Below, in pieces: positions 51,496-64,000 of a DNA stretch of 64,000 nucleotides. The stretch covers positions 37,200,001-37,264,000 of the forward strand of contig OX597824.1 of the NCBI GenBank assembly GCA_951406725.2, in the 5' to 3' direction. A model generated the notes under the pieces. That model had not been told where the DNA came from. It saw only the letters and a program-made list of their open reading frames with translations, and did no database searches. How positions within the stretch are numbered: the first letter of the stretch is position 1; each line of letters starts with the position of its first letter. A program made the position numbers and the translations under genes. The DNA comes from Octopus vulgaris. Taxonomy: Eukaryota.

Positions 51496-52247
51496 TGTAG
51501 TGACTTCATTTAGGCATAGAGTAGATTCGAACCTGAATCGGCAAATTTCTGACATTACAATAGCATTTCTCTCAGAGAAAAACAATGGTTACATTTAACA
51601 TATGGCTTTGCCGAGCCGATTTATGTCTTTGCCACTTGACCCTCTTAACCTTTTCTAGGCCATGAAAAGTTAGAATTGAGATAATTGAGAATATTTATTG
51701 TTCTCTGCAATATTTTTCTCACTAATTTTGTATAGTTATAAATAGAAAAACTCCGTAAGCCAAAATCAATTAGTGAGAACCGTGTCTGGTTGACCGGCTA
51801 AACGAAACGCCGTCTCTGAAGGAAAAAGGCGCAGAGAGACAATTATGGTAACTCACCAACGAAGCAGTTGTTTCGTCCCAATACTCTCACTTTCACTAAC
51901 TCACTTTCTTTTCTCTTCAACATTACCCTATCTCTATCTGTGGTTTACTACTACACAACGATGAGAACACAAACACAAACCAAAAAAGAAGAAATTAACT
52001 CTCTTAACCTCACATGTTTTCCCACTTATATTATTACATACACCAGCCCGTCGAGGCATGGCATTATATTGAGTAAAGGTAAAATAAAAAATTGGAGTCA
52101 ACATCAACTTTGATAAGTGTTCTTCTTTTATCATGCACATCTGCAACATCAACACCCGTTACAATCGATAACTGCCGGTTACAACATATGTCATTACATT
52201 TACTCTTACAACTGGTAACCACTGACTCCACCTAATTTACCGTTACA
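51496..52247 (+). mobile_element. solo LTR 1 (Gypsy-like)
   Basis: TGTAGTG...CGTTACA termini, TATAAAT, AATAAA; homologous to the adjacent LTR 2. Confidence 0.7.
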
Positions 52248-52251
52248 TATT

Positions 52252-53006
52252 TGTAGCGAATCTTGCATGCATGAAGTGGATTCGATCCACCATAGCCAAA
52301 TTTGAATTAACACTACTACAGAACTTTTCCCACGATAGAACAATGGTTTTTCACTGACAGCAGTTTTTACATTTTCCAGATGCCTCTTTAGCTAGACCGA
52401 AATATTGTCTTCACCACTTGACCCTTTCAAACCTCTTCTACTTCACCAAAAGCTAGAACAGATAACAAGGCCACCAACTAAATCTATTGTTCTCAATAAT
52501 ATATCTATCCTTCTGGATCTTAATATAAGCAAGCACATCTCAAGCAAAAATCAGTTAATGACCACTCGGTGAAAACTCAGCGAGAACGTAGTCTAGCTGA
52601 CCAGCTAGAACCTTGGTCAGAGCGAGAAATGAAGTTTACTGTCAGACAAGACCCAACACTTCTCTCTTGTTCTAATTCTGTCTCTTACAACATCATTCTA
52701 TCTCTCTCTGTAATTGCTACTAACTATACGTATACGCCAAACTATGTAATAAAGCATTCTACCGCATCTAACTTTCGTATGCTTTTGGATTTATCAACCT
52801 GATCGTCGAGGCAAGGTATTGTAACGTAACGGTAAATAAACATTTCCTTAAAACTTCATCCGTTGTTCATCTTACACATATTACTACAACTTGCCGTTTT
52901 AATAACAAACTTTTATCGTTGCATTTCATCAATTACATTGTTTCCAAATCAATATTTACCGTTACAACTGGTAACTGTACCAACCAACTCAATTATATTC
53001 GTTACA
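52252..53006 (+). mobile_element. solo LTR 2 (Gypsy-like)
   Basis: TGTAGCGAA...TTCGTTACA termini; shared blocks CCACTTGACCCT, CGTCGAGGCA, TTACAACTGGTAAC; TATG after the element. Confidence 0.7.
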
Positions 53007-53010
53007 TATG

Positions 53011-54800
53011 CATTTACAAGATTAAAAGTCTCACAGCTGACTGCCGATAACTCAGAGCATATCCTCTCACTCAGAACACATGCACATTCTCTTTTGCTGA
53101 AAGCGGCGATTCAATTCATTTTCGACAACATCAATGATGCTGAAAAGTTGCTGACGCCAGTCATTAATGACAGAGAGATTAGTTGCCGTATGTTTGAAAC
53201 GCAGCGGTGTATTCTTAGAAAGAAAAGTGTTAAGCAGTTTCACAAAGTCAGCAGAGGATATTTCACCGAAATAGTTTTCAAAAACTTTCTCATTTCTCAT
53301 TTTTGAAATAGATTTGTTCAACTTCCCGTTCAGCTTCAAGCAGTCACCGGCTGTTGTGCCTGGACGTTATAAGCTACGTGCCACTGATTCACATATTCCA
53401 AGTACATTAATATCGAACAAAGCGGAAGCTTTGCTAGATTGTTTCGGGAGTCCTTTGACGTTGGCCTTTGTTGTTCATAGCGATGTATCATTCAGAAGCT
53501 CCAGCAATAAATCTTCCGTCCGCTTCAGTGCTGTTGCTCTAAAACACGAACGAGTTGGATAAACAGCTTGCAACACGACCTTCTTACGATAAAGACTTGT
53601 CCATTGTGCTTTTCTTTTTGGTGACTCTTTCAGAAGAATGGCGCACTGATGAACCAAATTCAGTGCATCAGCTACAATGGCAACTGTAGATCCTACTTCT
53701 TGGAGGACAAGGTCCAAAGAGTGGTTTCTGCAATGTACAAAATAAGTACCAGAACACATGTCTTTTAATCTCCTTTGCATGCCTAAAATGTTTCCACTGA
53801 AGGTACTTGCACAATCAAATGAAAAGCAGCATAATTTTGAGCCAAGTGAAATGTTTAAAACGTCCAGAATAACTTTAGTGTCTCCAAAGAACAGTGAGGA
53901 GGATTATAAAAAACGAGAAAATCTTTGTAGGCATCCAAGTCATCAGAAACATAACGGACAATGATTCTTGTTCTATGCTGGAGTAGTCAGTGGTGCCATT
54001 ACATATAATACCAATAAACATGAAATCTTCAACTTTTTTTCTGATCTCATGCACGATGCTATGAGCATGTGCTTGTGGGATTTCATTTTATATGGTATCA
54101 GAAAATTATCTTGAAATTTAAGCCACTAACTTACTTCTGCACTGCATTCTTTGGCAAATTTTTTTTTTACAATATTTATGAAGATATATGAATGTTCATG
54201 CATTTTAATTCTAGGCCTTGCCTACCACAAAACCTGACCGTTTTAAAATTAATTTTGCTTGCTTGGCTACTTCTTGTTACTGAATCGGCTGCTTATTCAG
54301 AGTCACAGATATGTCTGTCTTTGACCAAATGTTTTAACTGCTTTCCTGTGGTAACCAGAACGCTATGTGGAGCGATTTTTCCTGTAATTTTGTCCCAGTT
54401 TCGTACACAAGTCAAGAAGGCAGTTTTCTTAGATGTTGTAATACTATTAAGCTGCACTCCTGCCAGGCAATACCAGGAGATAACAGCATCATGTTGAATA
54501 TTATAATGAAGTCACAGGACTTCCTTGAACTAGACTCGCTGTATGAACGTTTCTTTGAATCCTTGGGAAAGTTGAATATCTTTCCCGGCACAAATTGTTT
54601 TTTCGATATCATTTCATGGCGTGCTGGAAGTACTTAATCATTAATGTTTTCACTAGATTGCATCTCTAAATGTACTGCATTCTTTTGAAATGATGCAGTG
54701 CTGCAGAAATATGGAATTTTCCTCACTTTTGTTTCTGGTGAACTTGGCAAAGTACACAAAGCTGGTAATAAAGGAAAAAAGTCAGAAAGTGCAAGCAAGT
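53011..54800 (-). mobile_element. hAT (Tip100/ZMYM1-like) transposase remnant; probably continues at 51310-51491 beyond the LTRs
   Basis: YFVHCRNHSLDLVLQE (CxxH motif), LKESPKRK, YPTR; many stops. Confidence 0.8.
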
Positions 54801-55024
54801 CAACAATATCATATTAGAAAAGTAGAGTTTCTCTTAATTGTTTTTGATTAATTTGTTAAAACTTATTTGTTTGACATCGTTATCTGATAGAAAATTGAAA
54901 AGTTTATTCATTTAACATTCATATAAAGTTCTATATTTAAGAGATGAGGAATTATGTACATTATTTACATTTGACGAATATTTGTCCTCATCTTGTTTGT
55001 TGTTAACACACCGTTTCGGATATT

Positions 55025-55615
<591 letters not shown>

Positions 55616-55787
55616 CAACATCGCTTGACAACCGATGCTGGTGTGTTTATGTCCCCGTAACTTAGCAGTTCGGCAAAAGAGACCGATAGAATAAGTACTA
55701 GGCTTACAAAGAATAAGTCCTGGGGTCAATTTGTTCGACTAAAGGTGGTGCTCCAGCATGGCGCCACAGTCAAATGACTGAAACAAG

Positions 55788-55868
<81 letters not shown>

Positions 55869-55899
55869 CACACACACACAGTGATACAGACAGTCAGAC

Positions 55900-56710
55900 A
55901 GATTAATAAATAACACAAAAAGAATTTGGGGGTTAATGACAGCAATGTTGATTTTACTCTTTTAGCCTAGTTTTGGTTTGATCTTAAAAATCTTCTTCCC
56001 AAAATCTTCTTCCCAAAAATCCACCCATCACCTCACCACTTTCAAAAAGCTACAAACCCCCAACATTTCACTTTTAGCTTTGTGGAAAGCGGAGAAGTTT
56101 CTTCAGAAATAATGTCGTTTACCTGTTGTTTCTAGCATGTCGAGGTTTCTAGTAGTGGTCGGGTGTGTTTTACGTCTGCTATTTCAGTACAATTCTACGC
56201 ATGCGTGAAACATCAAACGAAAGTGAAACATTGGGTGGTTTTAGCTTTTTGAAAGCGGGTTGGTGATGAGTTGGCGAGGTGGGGGAAGGGGCATTGAGTG
56301 TTTCTTTAAGAAAAATTAAACTTCCAAAGTATATATATATTTCCAAGATATGTAATCTCTGTATTTTTCTACGTGGATAAAAAAAAATTCGAAAAAAAGT
56401 ACAAATTAAAAAATTGCGGTGGGACGGGAGAAATTAAAATTTAAAAAATGCGATTTCTGGGCAAAATCGTATTAGCCCCCTTTTATACGATGAAACAATG
56501 CATAGTTTGTAATCCTTCTTAAGAACAGAAAGCACTTTCATGCAAAGCCATGTAAATTGTACCCTCTCCCCGCTTCACTTTTAAACAAACAATAATTTCT
56601 ATTACGCCAGTAATTCAGTTCACTATATATCAGCTGTGCCGATTCTGGAATAAATAATACAATGTTGCTGGAGGTCATAACACCCGGGCAACGCCGGGAT
56701 GTAATGCTAG
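55900..56710 (+). mobile_element. Helitron-like element (3' end clear, 5' end uncertain)
   Basis: CCCGGGCAACGCCGGG hairpin followed by CTAG|T at 56707-56710. Confidence 0.65.
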
Positions 56711-56851
56711 TTATCGCTATTTATCAATTTCCAGCCTTCCGGCTTATATTTAGTTTCGCCTCAGTTTCATATGGTTAATAAGATGAAATAAGTTCCAATT
56801 TCTGTTCGGCTGTCGAAGCATATCTTGTAAATTTCATTATCTTGTAACCAA

Positions 56852-57236
56852 TCTTCTCTATATTTATAAAGCTGAAGTTGTCTGTGTATGGCAGGTTTGG
56901 TAGCCTTCAACTAACACTATCTCCTCCAAGACCCTGCGGCGCAAGTTGACCAAAATTGAGAGTATGATAGAAGAATGTTTGCTCTTCCTTCCGTAGAAGA
57001 AAAAATTCAATTCGGACCATGTTAACACCAAAAATTATTAACATAAAAAAGGTGCTTTTTTTCTAAGAAAATCCTTATTTTTTACGATTTTTTTACTGCT
57101 GTGTCGCCATTTTTCGGTGTATTCCAACCAGAAAAATGTTCACTTAAAGAGAATAACAAGCTACATAATGCAAAATTTTTACTTTTCAAAAATTCTAATT
57201 CCAAAGGGTCGAAACAAACCCGAGCGATACTACTAG
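56852..57236 (+). mobile_element. non-autonomous Helitron, 3' hairpin partly deleted
   Basis: A|TCTTCTCTATATTTATAAAG start; CAAACCCGAGC..GATACTACTAG|T end matching the 33005 element. Confidence 0.75.
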
Positions 57237-58082
57237 TTTAAGATAAAGGAACTTAATATTAACTTTCTACATACATTGAACTACACTGAAGACGCCAAAA
57301 TAATTTAAAGCAGAGAAGCTTAATCCTGCTGCTGACAATAAATAACCTAGATATCTAACTATTTTTCAACAACACTCGTTCGAGAAATAAATTTATTATC
57401 AAAATTTCCTGTCCGGAGTATAAATAAATACAGTTATATTCCCGTGTATTAAGTCTCGCCGTGAAATTAATCTCATGGCGGTCTTTTCGGCAGTTTGAGA
57501 TCCAAAATGACCATGTCGTTGTCAATTTTAACAATTCAAATTTAAGATAACGGTACTTTGTTTGAATTATGTATGTATGTATGTATGTATGTATGTATGT
57601 ATGTATGTATGTATGTATGTGGCGCGCGTGTGTGTTCATTTATTTTATTGGAATTCTTCATTGAAGAAATGAATTAGTTTCTAACAAAGAAACAAAAGTT
57701 TTATCACTGGAATTTGGGTAGCAACAACATTAATCATTATTTATTGAACTTTAAGAAAACCTTGCATATTTTAACTATTCCACTTACAGATTATATCCGT
57801 AACGTGCGCGTTAGTCAGTCTCTTTCTTTGCTTAAAAATCCTAGCTTCCCTAGATTGTGTTAAACAACCAAGAATATTGATGATTATTGGTATAAATTTG
57901 AATTATAACCAGGGTAGATAAGCTGGAGGTTTCGAAGCAATTATCTATAAATATTTCCCTTGCTGGTTTTGGAAGAAAATGTACACATCTATAGGACAGT
58001 TAGCCTCTAAATAACAATGTCAAGTTTCGTTTTTGGATTTGGTTTGCAAGATTCTTTATATGAGTTTGTGTGTTGAAGCATA

Positions 58083-58411
58083 TTCTGTTGTGTCTGGGGA
58101 GAGTCATTTTCTTTTTGTGCCTTATAATATAACACACTCACCGGTAAAATTTCCACTTATTTCTTATTTTTATTTTCCTAAAACTTTCGTTGCGTCTTGC
58201 AACCTTTTCAATAGTCTTGACTATCTGTTATTTACACTGCGTTCCTTCAAATAGTGTAAATATTGGACAGAGTCAAGACTATTGGAAAAGGTTGCAAGGC
58301 GCAACGAAAATTTTAGGAAAATAAAAATAAGAAAAAAGTGGAAATTTTACCGGTGAGTGTGTTACATTATAAGGCACAAAAAGAAAATGACTCTCCCCAG
58401 ACACAACAGAA
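58083..58411. mobile_element. inverted pair (arms about 145 bp) of Penelope-like pLTR fragments, each with a hammerhead-like motif
   Basis: arms at 58083-58228 and 58267-58411; motif CUA-UUGAAAA-G-GUUGC-aagac-GCAAC-GAAA-GUUU-UAG at 58178-58214(-). Confidence 0.65.
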
Positions 58412-58769
58412 CAATGTCAAGTGTTTTATGTTTACACTTGGTACAAGTTTTGATAGGAATGTTCCACCAATAATTTTTGTGTTGATACTTATACATTTAT
58501 TTAATAACAATAGGAATCTCTGTATTTAGTCAAGGTCAGTCTTTTTTTCATTGTATATTGTTTTTTCATTATATATTGTTTTTCATTGTATGTTGTCATT
58601 GAGCAATAGTACTTTGATGACAGTTTGGAGCAGCTGTTAGTCGCATGTGCAATGTCTTTCACGGAAATGTGACATAACCGACATTCTCGGTATGTATGTA
58701 TGTATGTTAGTATGTATGTATGTGTGTATGTGTGTATGTATGTATTCGCATGCACGTGTGCCTACTTGA

Positions 58770-59615
58770 CACAAACTGGTCGCTCCTTGCGGTGATATAG
58801 ATGATCTTCGTCGATGCCTCCACCAAGTTTGGAGATGGTCTAACGAATGGGACCTGTGTCTGAACGTGTCAAAGTGCTGTCATCTGCCTGTTGGCTCTTC
58901 TCCTGCAACTCAACTTGATTTCGAGCCGGGTCGTCTGCTGCTGGAGAGGACCGACCAGGTAAAGGACCTGGGTATCTTGGTGGATTCTTCCTTTTCACCT
59001 TCGGCCCAGTGCGTCCATGCTGCCAACAAAGCACGCGGAGTTCGGTTTTTGATTCGACGATCATTCGGAATGCTCACAGCAGCCATATTCCTACCGCTCT
59101 ATGTCATGCTGGTGAGACCCATATTGGAGTACGGGATTCAAGCCTCTTCTCCTTATCTCCTCAAAGACGTACATCATCTCGAAAGAGTCCAGAAGCTGGC
59201 TACCCGCATGGTTCTTGGTCTCAAGAATTTGTCTTATGAAGAAAGGCTGAAGACGCTCGACCTTTATTCTCTAGAAAAACGACGACGCCGTGGTGATCTC
59301 ATTCTTGCTCACAACATCATAAGCGGAAAGTGTAACCTCTCGAAAGAGCTGTTCTTCACTCCTGCTCCAGAGCGTCGGCTGCGGGGTCATTCCGAAAAGT
59401 TCTATCTCAATCGAAGGAGAGGGGCTTTCTCCGTCCGGGTTGCGGATCCGTGGAATAAGCTGCTGGACGAGATAGTGAAGATGCCGACGACCGCTCGGTT
59501 CAAAGTCTCTCTTGACCAGAAATGGCCTGAACTCTTTGCATGAACACCCCTGTACATAACTCCATGTCCTCCTACATGGCCTTGCTTTTTGCTTTTTGAG
59601 CCAAAAAATTAACTA

Positions 59616-59620
<5 letters not shown>
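58770..59620 (+). mobile_element. 5'-truncated CR1-clade LINE (ORF2 C-terminus, 225 aa open) with 3' UTR running into microsatellite
   Basis: KDLGILVD, LVRPILEYG, LERVQKLATRMVLGLKNLSYEERLKTLDLYSLEKRRRRGDLI, FSVRVADPWNKL. Confidence 0.92.
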
Positions 59621-59669
<49 letters not shown>

Positions 59670-59704
59670 TCACACATATATATATATGTGCGTGTGTGTG
59701 TGTG

Positions 59705-59773
<69 letters not shown>

Positions 59774-59790
59774 AAATATATATATATATA

Positions 59791-59826
<36 letters not shown>

Positions 59827-59834
59827 TACATACA

Positions 59835-59908
<74 letters not shown>
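59620..59908. repeat. compound (CA)n/(TA)n/(TACA)n microsatellite
   Basis: directly visible in the sequence. Confidence 0.95.
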
Positions 59909-59911
<3 letters not shown>

Positions 59912-59917
59912 GGTGGG

Positions 59918-60314
59918 AAGTAAGAAGAAAAAAATCGAAAATGCACATTGTAAATCAAAAAAGTAAAGGCTTTTAAATGAAAAGTAACGATAGATACATA
60001 CAATTAGATGAACTGAGGTAGGAATAAAAGTAATAAAAGTCATTATTGTGAATTGTTAAAGAGGTTTAAAAGCATACCGGTTTCGTGAATTTACTAATCA
60101 TTGCTTTGAATGGGTGTGCATTCAAAGCAATGATTAGTAAATTTACGAAACCGGTATGCTTTTAAATCTCTTTAACAATTCACAATAATGACTTTTATTA
60201 CTTTTATTCCTACCTCAGTTCATCTAATTGTATATATCTGTCGTTAATTTTCATAAAAAGCCTTTACTTTTTTTGATTTCCAATGTGCATTTTCGCTTTT
60301 TTTTCTTCTTACTT
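59918..60314. mobile_element. near-perfect palindrome (arms about 195 bp, loop GGTGTG) with an A3-U8 hammerhead-like motif in each arm
   Basis: AAAGCA-AUGAUUA-GUAA-au-UUAC-GAAAC-CG-GUA-UGCUUU at 60124-60162(+), mirrored at 60069-60107(-). Confidence 0.7.
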
Positions 60315-60416
60315 TCCCCTTACATTTCTACGTGTAGTTTCTATTTTCTTTTTGTAACATATTTCTACTGGTTCAAGAATTTTAAAAAGGGGACCGGCAC
60401 TCACTCCCATGGTGAG

Positions 60417-61979
60417 CAGGAGTTGTTAAAAATCAATTAATGAAAAATTAATTGCAATATATTGTGGTCCATTTAACTGATTGGAGTCGTACTACCAATT
60501 AAATAATTGATTGTCATCATATCAATTAATTGCAATTAACTATACAAGGATTTTTATATTTTTTCATAAACTAGGGGATGGCTACTGACATAAAGCTTAA
60601 AGATTATATAATGTACAAGTATAAAGAAAGAATTAAAGAAGAAAGGACTCATTATATTGAATGTTATTGATAATATCGAGTTGAAATAGGGGGTGCTGTA
60701 GTACCACAGTTTCTATACACGAGCCGCCACTGATTGTAGCTATTACCGGAGATAATACTGAAGTGAACAAATCTATAACGAATTTGTGCAGAATACCATT
60801 GTTTGGATGTACTTCTCATAAATTCACTCTAGCTGTTTCTGTTTATCTCGACAAGCAGGAAGTTCTGCTTGATAAAATATGTTGATGGGCAAGCTAAAAC
60901 TTGCGGGTAAACTTCGGGAAAAACGCCTTTGCAACCTATATAAAGAAATAAAACCAGTTGATCCAGTATTAATGAGATGATTGAGAGGTACATCCAACTC
61001 AAGCCGTTTTTAGACTCTTTTCAAGGCGATTCAAAGCTGGTTGATTATCTGTTGACTCCACGCGATCATAATTATCTGCTGACTCTAAAAGACAATTTAG
61101 GAAAGTTACGCTCCGTAAAAGTCGCCTTGCAAAGAACAGAAATAAATTTGGTAGATACTCGAATTCTTTCTGGCGAAATTCTCGCAGTGTAACCTTACGA
61201 GGAGTTTTTAAAATATTTGCTTCCATCGGAAGCCATTGTGCTCAGCTCAAATTTTGAAAGCGGAGTTGTGAAAAGTTTACAACATGCAGAAGCAGAGCTA
61301 ACTGCGGATGAAGTGGCTGCTCTACATCGGTAGAAGACGATGATTTTGCTTCAATTTGTTTGAAAAAACTACAAAAATAATAAAATTTCACTTCAGTAAT
61401 ATCTGAACTGTAGATGTTTGTTACCATCGTCCAACATCTTAGAACGTTTCTTCAGTTCAGCAGGTTACGCTTTTAATAATTTTCGGCAATACATAACACC
61501 AATGAATTTAGAATTTAGAAATGCAATTATTTCTAAAACTCAATTGCGTTTTCTTGGATGAAGACCTAGTTTCAGAAATCTGCAGTCGTTCGTGACTTTT
61601 TGCTATATTAGAACATTTTAAGTGTGCTACTCGTTTGAGAAACTCTTTCAATTAAAGATCTTCAATTTATTTGTTTTTCAACTACTGTACAATGTAGAGT
61701 ATACATGTTTGTTCCCTATTCTAAATCAATAAAATTGAACTTTGAACATTTTCTGATAGTAAAGTTTTTTGAAACTATAAGACGTGCCTTTTATTTTCCT
61801 ATCATTTGGTCTCTTGTCTAAATCAAAGCTAACACTCCAAAATATATAGTGTTTTTACGTTCGGCAAAATAGTTGACAATTAATTGCAAAATTGATTGGC
61901 CTGTATCCCAATTAAAATTAATTGATTGCTAGGAAAATAATTGATTTGAAAGGTTCCAATCAAATATTTATGACCCCTG
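60417..61979 (+). mobile_element. hAT element (decayed transposase) inserted into a Tigger element
   Basis: 8-bp TSD ATGGTGAG at 60409-60416 and 61980-61987; CAGG..CCCCTG ends; AATTAATTG subterminal repeats; PSSNILERFFSSAG motif. Confidence 0.88.
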
Positions 61980-62945
61980 ATGGTGAGGCAGCGAGGGCGA
62001 ATATAAAGGCGGCTTAAGATTACCTCAAAACTTTGCCAGAATTATAGCAGTCGAAGGATACATCACCCAGCAAGTCTTCAACTGTGACGAGACAGGTCTT
62101 TTTTGGAAGAAGATGCCAAGGAGGACTTATATAACGGCAGAGAAGAAGAGGATGCCAGGCCACAAACCCATAAAGGTTACGCTAACCCTCACACTGTACG
62201 CCAATGCGAACGGCGACTGCAGGATTAAGCCGTTGCTTGTTTATTATTCGGAAAACTCCAGAGCCTTTAAATCACATAAGATTCTGAAAGAAAAACTGCA
62301 GGTTATATGGAGGGCAAACCCGAGGGCATGGGTCACTAGAGAGTTCTCTGTGGAATGGGTGAATTTGGTCTTTGGTCTTGACATTAAGAAATATCTCCAG
62401 GAAAATAACCTACCCTTGCAAGCCCTTCTCATCTTGGACAATGCATCCGCTCACCCACCTAACTTCGAAGATGACATCCTCCAAGTTTATAAAGGTTCTC
62501 TACCTTCCACCCAACACTTCCTCTATCCTGCAGCCCATGGATCAGCAGGTAATTTCTAATTTCAAGAAGGTCTTCACTAAGCACCCGTTTCGCCACTGCT
62601 TTGAGGTGACAGAGAGCACAAACATCACCCTTCGAGAGTTCTGGAAGTACCACTATAACATCATGATATGCCCAAGAATTATCGATATGGCTTAGCAGGG
62701 TGTTACAGAGAGGACCTTAACCTCTGCGCGGAAGAAACGGTTGACTGAAACGGACTTTGTAGTGTCTGAAACGGACTTTGAAAGACTCGAACCCGAAGCG
62801 GCAGTGAGAGAGGAGATTGTATCCCTCGGCAAGTCCATGGGCCTGGACATGGATGAAGGTGACAACAACGAGCTCATTGAGGAGCATTCCGAGGAACTAA
62901 CAACAGTGGAGCTAAATGAGCTACAGGCAAAAATCCGCGAATAAA
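61980..62945 (+). mobile_element. Tigger/pogo (TIGD1-like) transposase remnant; 5' piece at about 60365-60416
   Basis: WFKNFKK..HGE|AA..QQVFNCDETGLFWKKMPRRTYIT, LLILDNASAHP, LPPNTSSILQPMDQQVISNFK. Confidence 0.92.
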
Positions 62946-64000
62946 ATTCAGTTATTCTGTTCAGCATTTCTCTTCCACCTCTGTCAGCATCCTCAAGCCG
63001 CCTGATCTCCAAGGTAAAAGCTGTACATTATCTAAGAACGAAAACCACACTGAGACTCAGACACTATATTTGGAACTATGAAGGTATTTAAACGTTCTAA
63101 CAAAATGTAGGCAAGTACCTTTCCAACCACAGACAAAAGGGAAATCCCACGAAAATCACCACACAGATCCTTTATCCCCGATTTATACAAGGAGATTAAA
63201 ATGGCATCAATTCAGTCTTAAGGTACTTTCTCAAATTAATATATTCAAGAGTTCAAACATTTTGTCACCCCCATATTTCAAGACGTCTGCACAGATTCCA
63301 TCAGACCCTGGAGACATATTGTTATTCAGCTTATTCACAGTTAAATAAATATCATTTAGATTTTGGTTCAAATGCCATCTCTTCTATAACTGGAAGGTGT
63401 TCGATTTTTTCTATCGTCCTCATGTAAGCGAATGATGATCTATTCAAAAGTGCCGAAAAATGTTCTTCCCAGCGTTTATGAATAGAAGCGGTGTCAGTCA
63501 GAAGCAAATGTCCGTTTGCTGTTCTCACTGGAGCTATTGAAGATTTTGGGCCATATACCTCCTTAACATAAGTGTACAAACCCTTGGAATCATTTCTATC
63601 AGCTGCTTCTTGTGCCCCTTTTGCGCTATCATTCCACCATTCCTGTTTAATTTTCCTTAGAGCAGTCTGCACTTTCCTTTTCGGCTCTCTGTAAGCTTCG
63701 TTTGAGTTGGGGTTCAAGGACTGAGAAAGAAGTGTACTGCCTAAGTTTTGTTTTTCTAAAAGTAGATCATGAATTTCTACTGATCTATCAGAGAACCAAT
63801 CACTGGACTTATGTGATTTAAATCCCACTGACGAACTTGCAGCCTGAAATTCTTTTGTTTTGAAATCTTCTCATAGACTGTTTGGGTCAATAGTGATACT
63901 TTCTAAAGCATCGTGGAATCTTTGCTCAATAATTTAAAGTTTGCAACATTTAACTTTTTAGGTACCTTAGGACCAGACAGCCGATTTTTAGGCATTATCG
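62946..64000 (-). mobile_element. RTE-clade (BovB-like) LINE remnant
   Basis: SDWFSDRSVEIHDLL...EWWNDSAKGAQEAADRND...RWEEHFSALLN, then CGDFRGISLLSVVGKV and SESQCGF. Confidence 0.88.

Noticed and set aside
58560-58692. ECRLCHISVKDIAHATNSCSKLSSKYY zinc-knuckle-like peptide on the minus strand
   Set aside because: Likely a tiny fragment of an RLE-type non-LTR element; too short to classify or to treat as a gene.

Overview
AT-rich, repeat-dense animal genomic DNA. The SINE and microsatellite complement looks like an octopus/coleoid cephalopod (inference). The first 29 kb holds two + strand, intron-containing housekeeping genes. One is the last five coding exons of ESF1 (pre-rRNA processing, NUC153 domain). 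The other is a complete PRORP/MRPP3 (mitochondrial protein-only RNase P catalytic subunit): six coding exons, 584 aa, all splice phases consistent. From about 30 kb to the end I can support no host gene. That part is a nested transposon graveyard: tRNA-derived SINEs, MITEs (piggyBac-, hAT- and Merlin-like), Helitrons, mariner, Tigger/pogo, hAT, CR1 and RTE LINE remnants, and solo LTRs. Most notable: (1) minimal hammerhead-ribozyme motifs, probably Penelope-like pLTR relics, whose 3:8 core pair covaries as C-G, U-A, A-U and (half motif only) G-C, several in long inverted repeats; (2) inverted repeats bracketing PRORP exons; (3) a GG..CC, 8-bp-TSD MITE family carrying TTAGGG repeats; (4) two solo LTRs stacked at one TATG site. 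Repeat boundaries without a stated TSD are approximate. All calls were made by eye; no database search was run.
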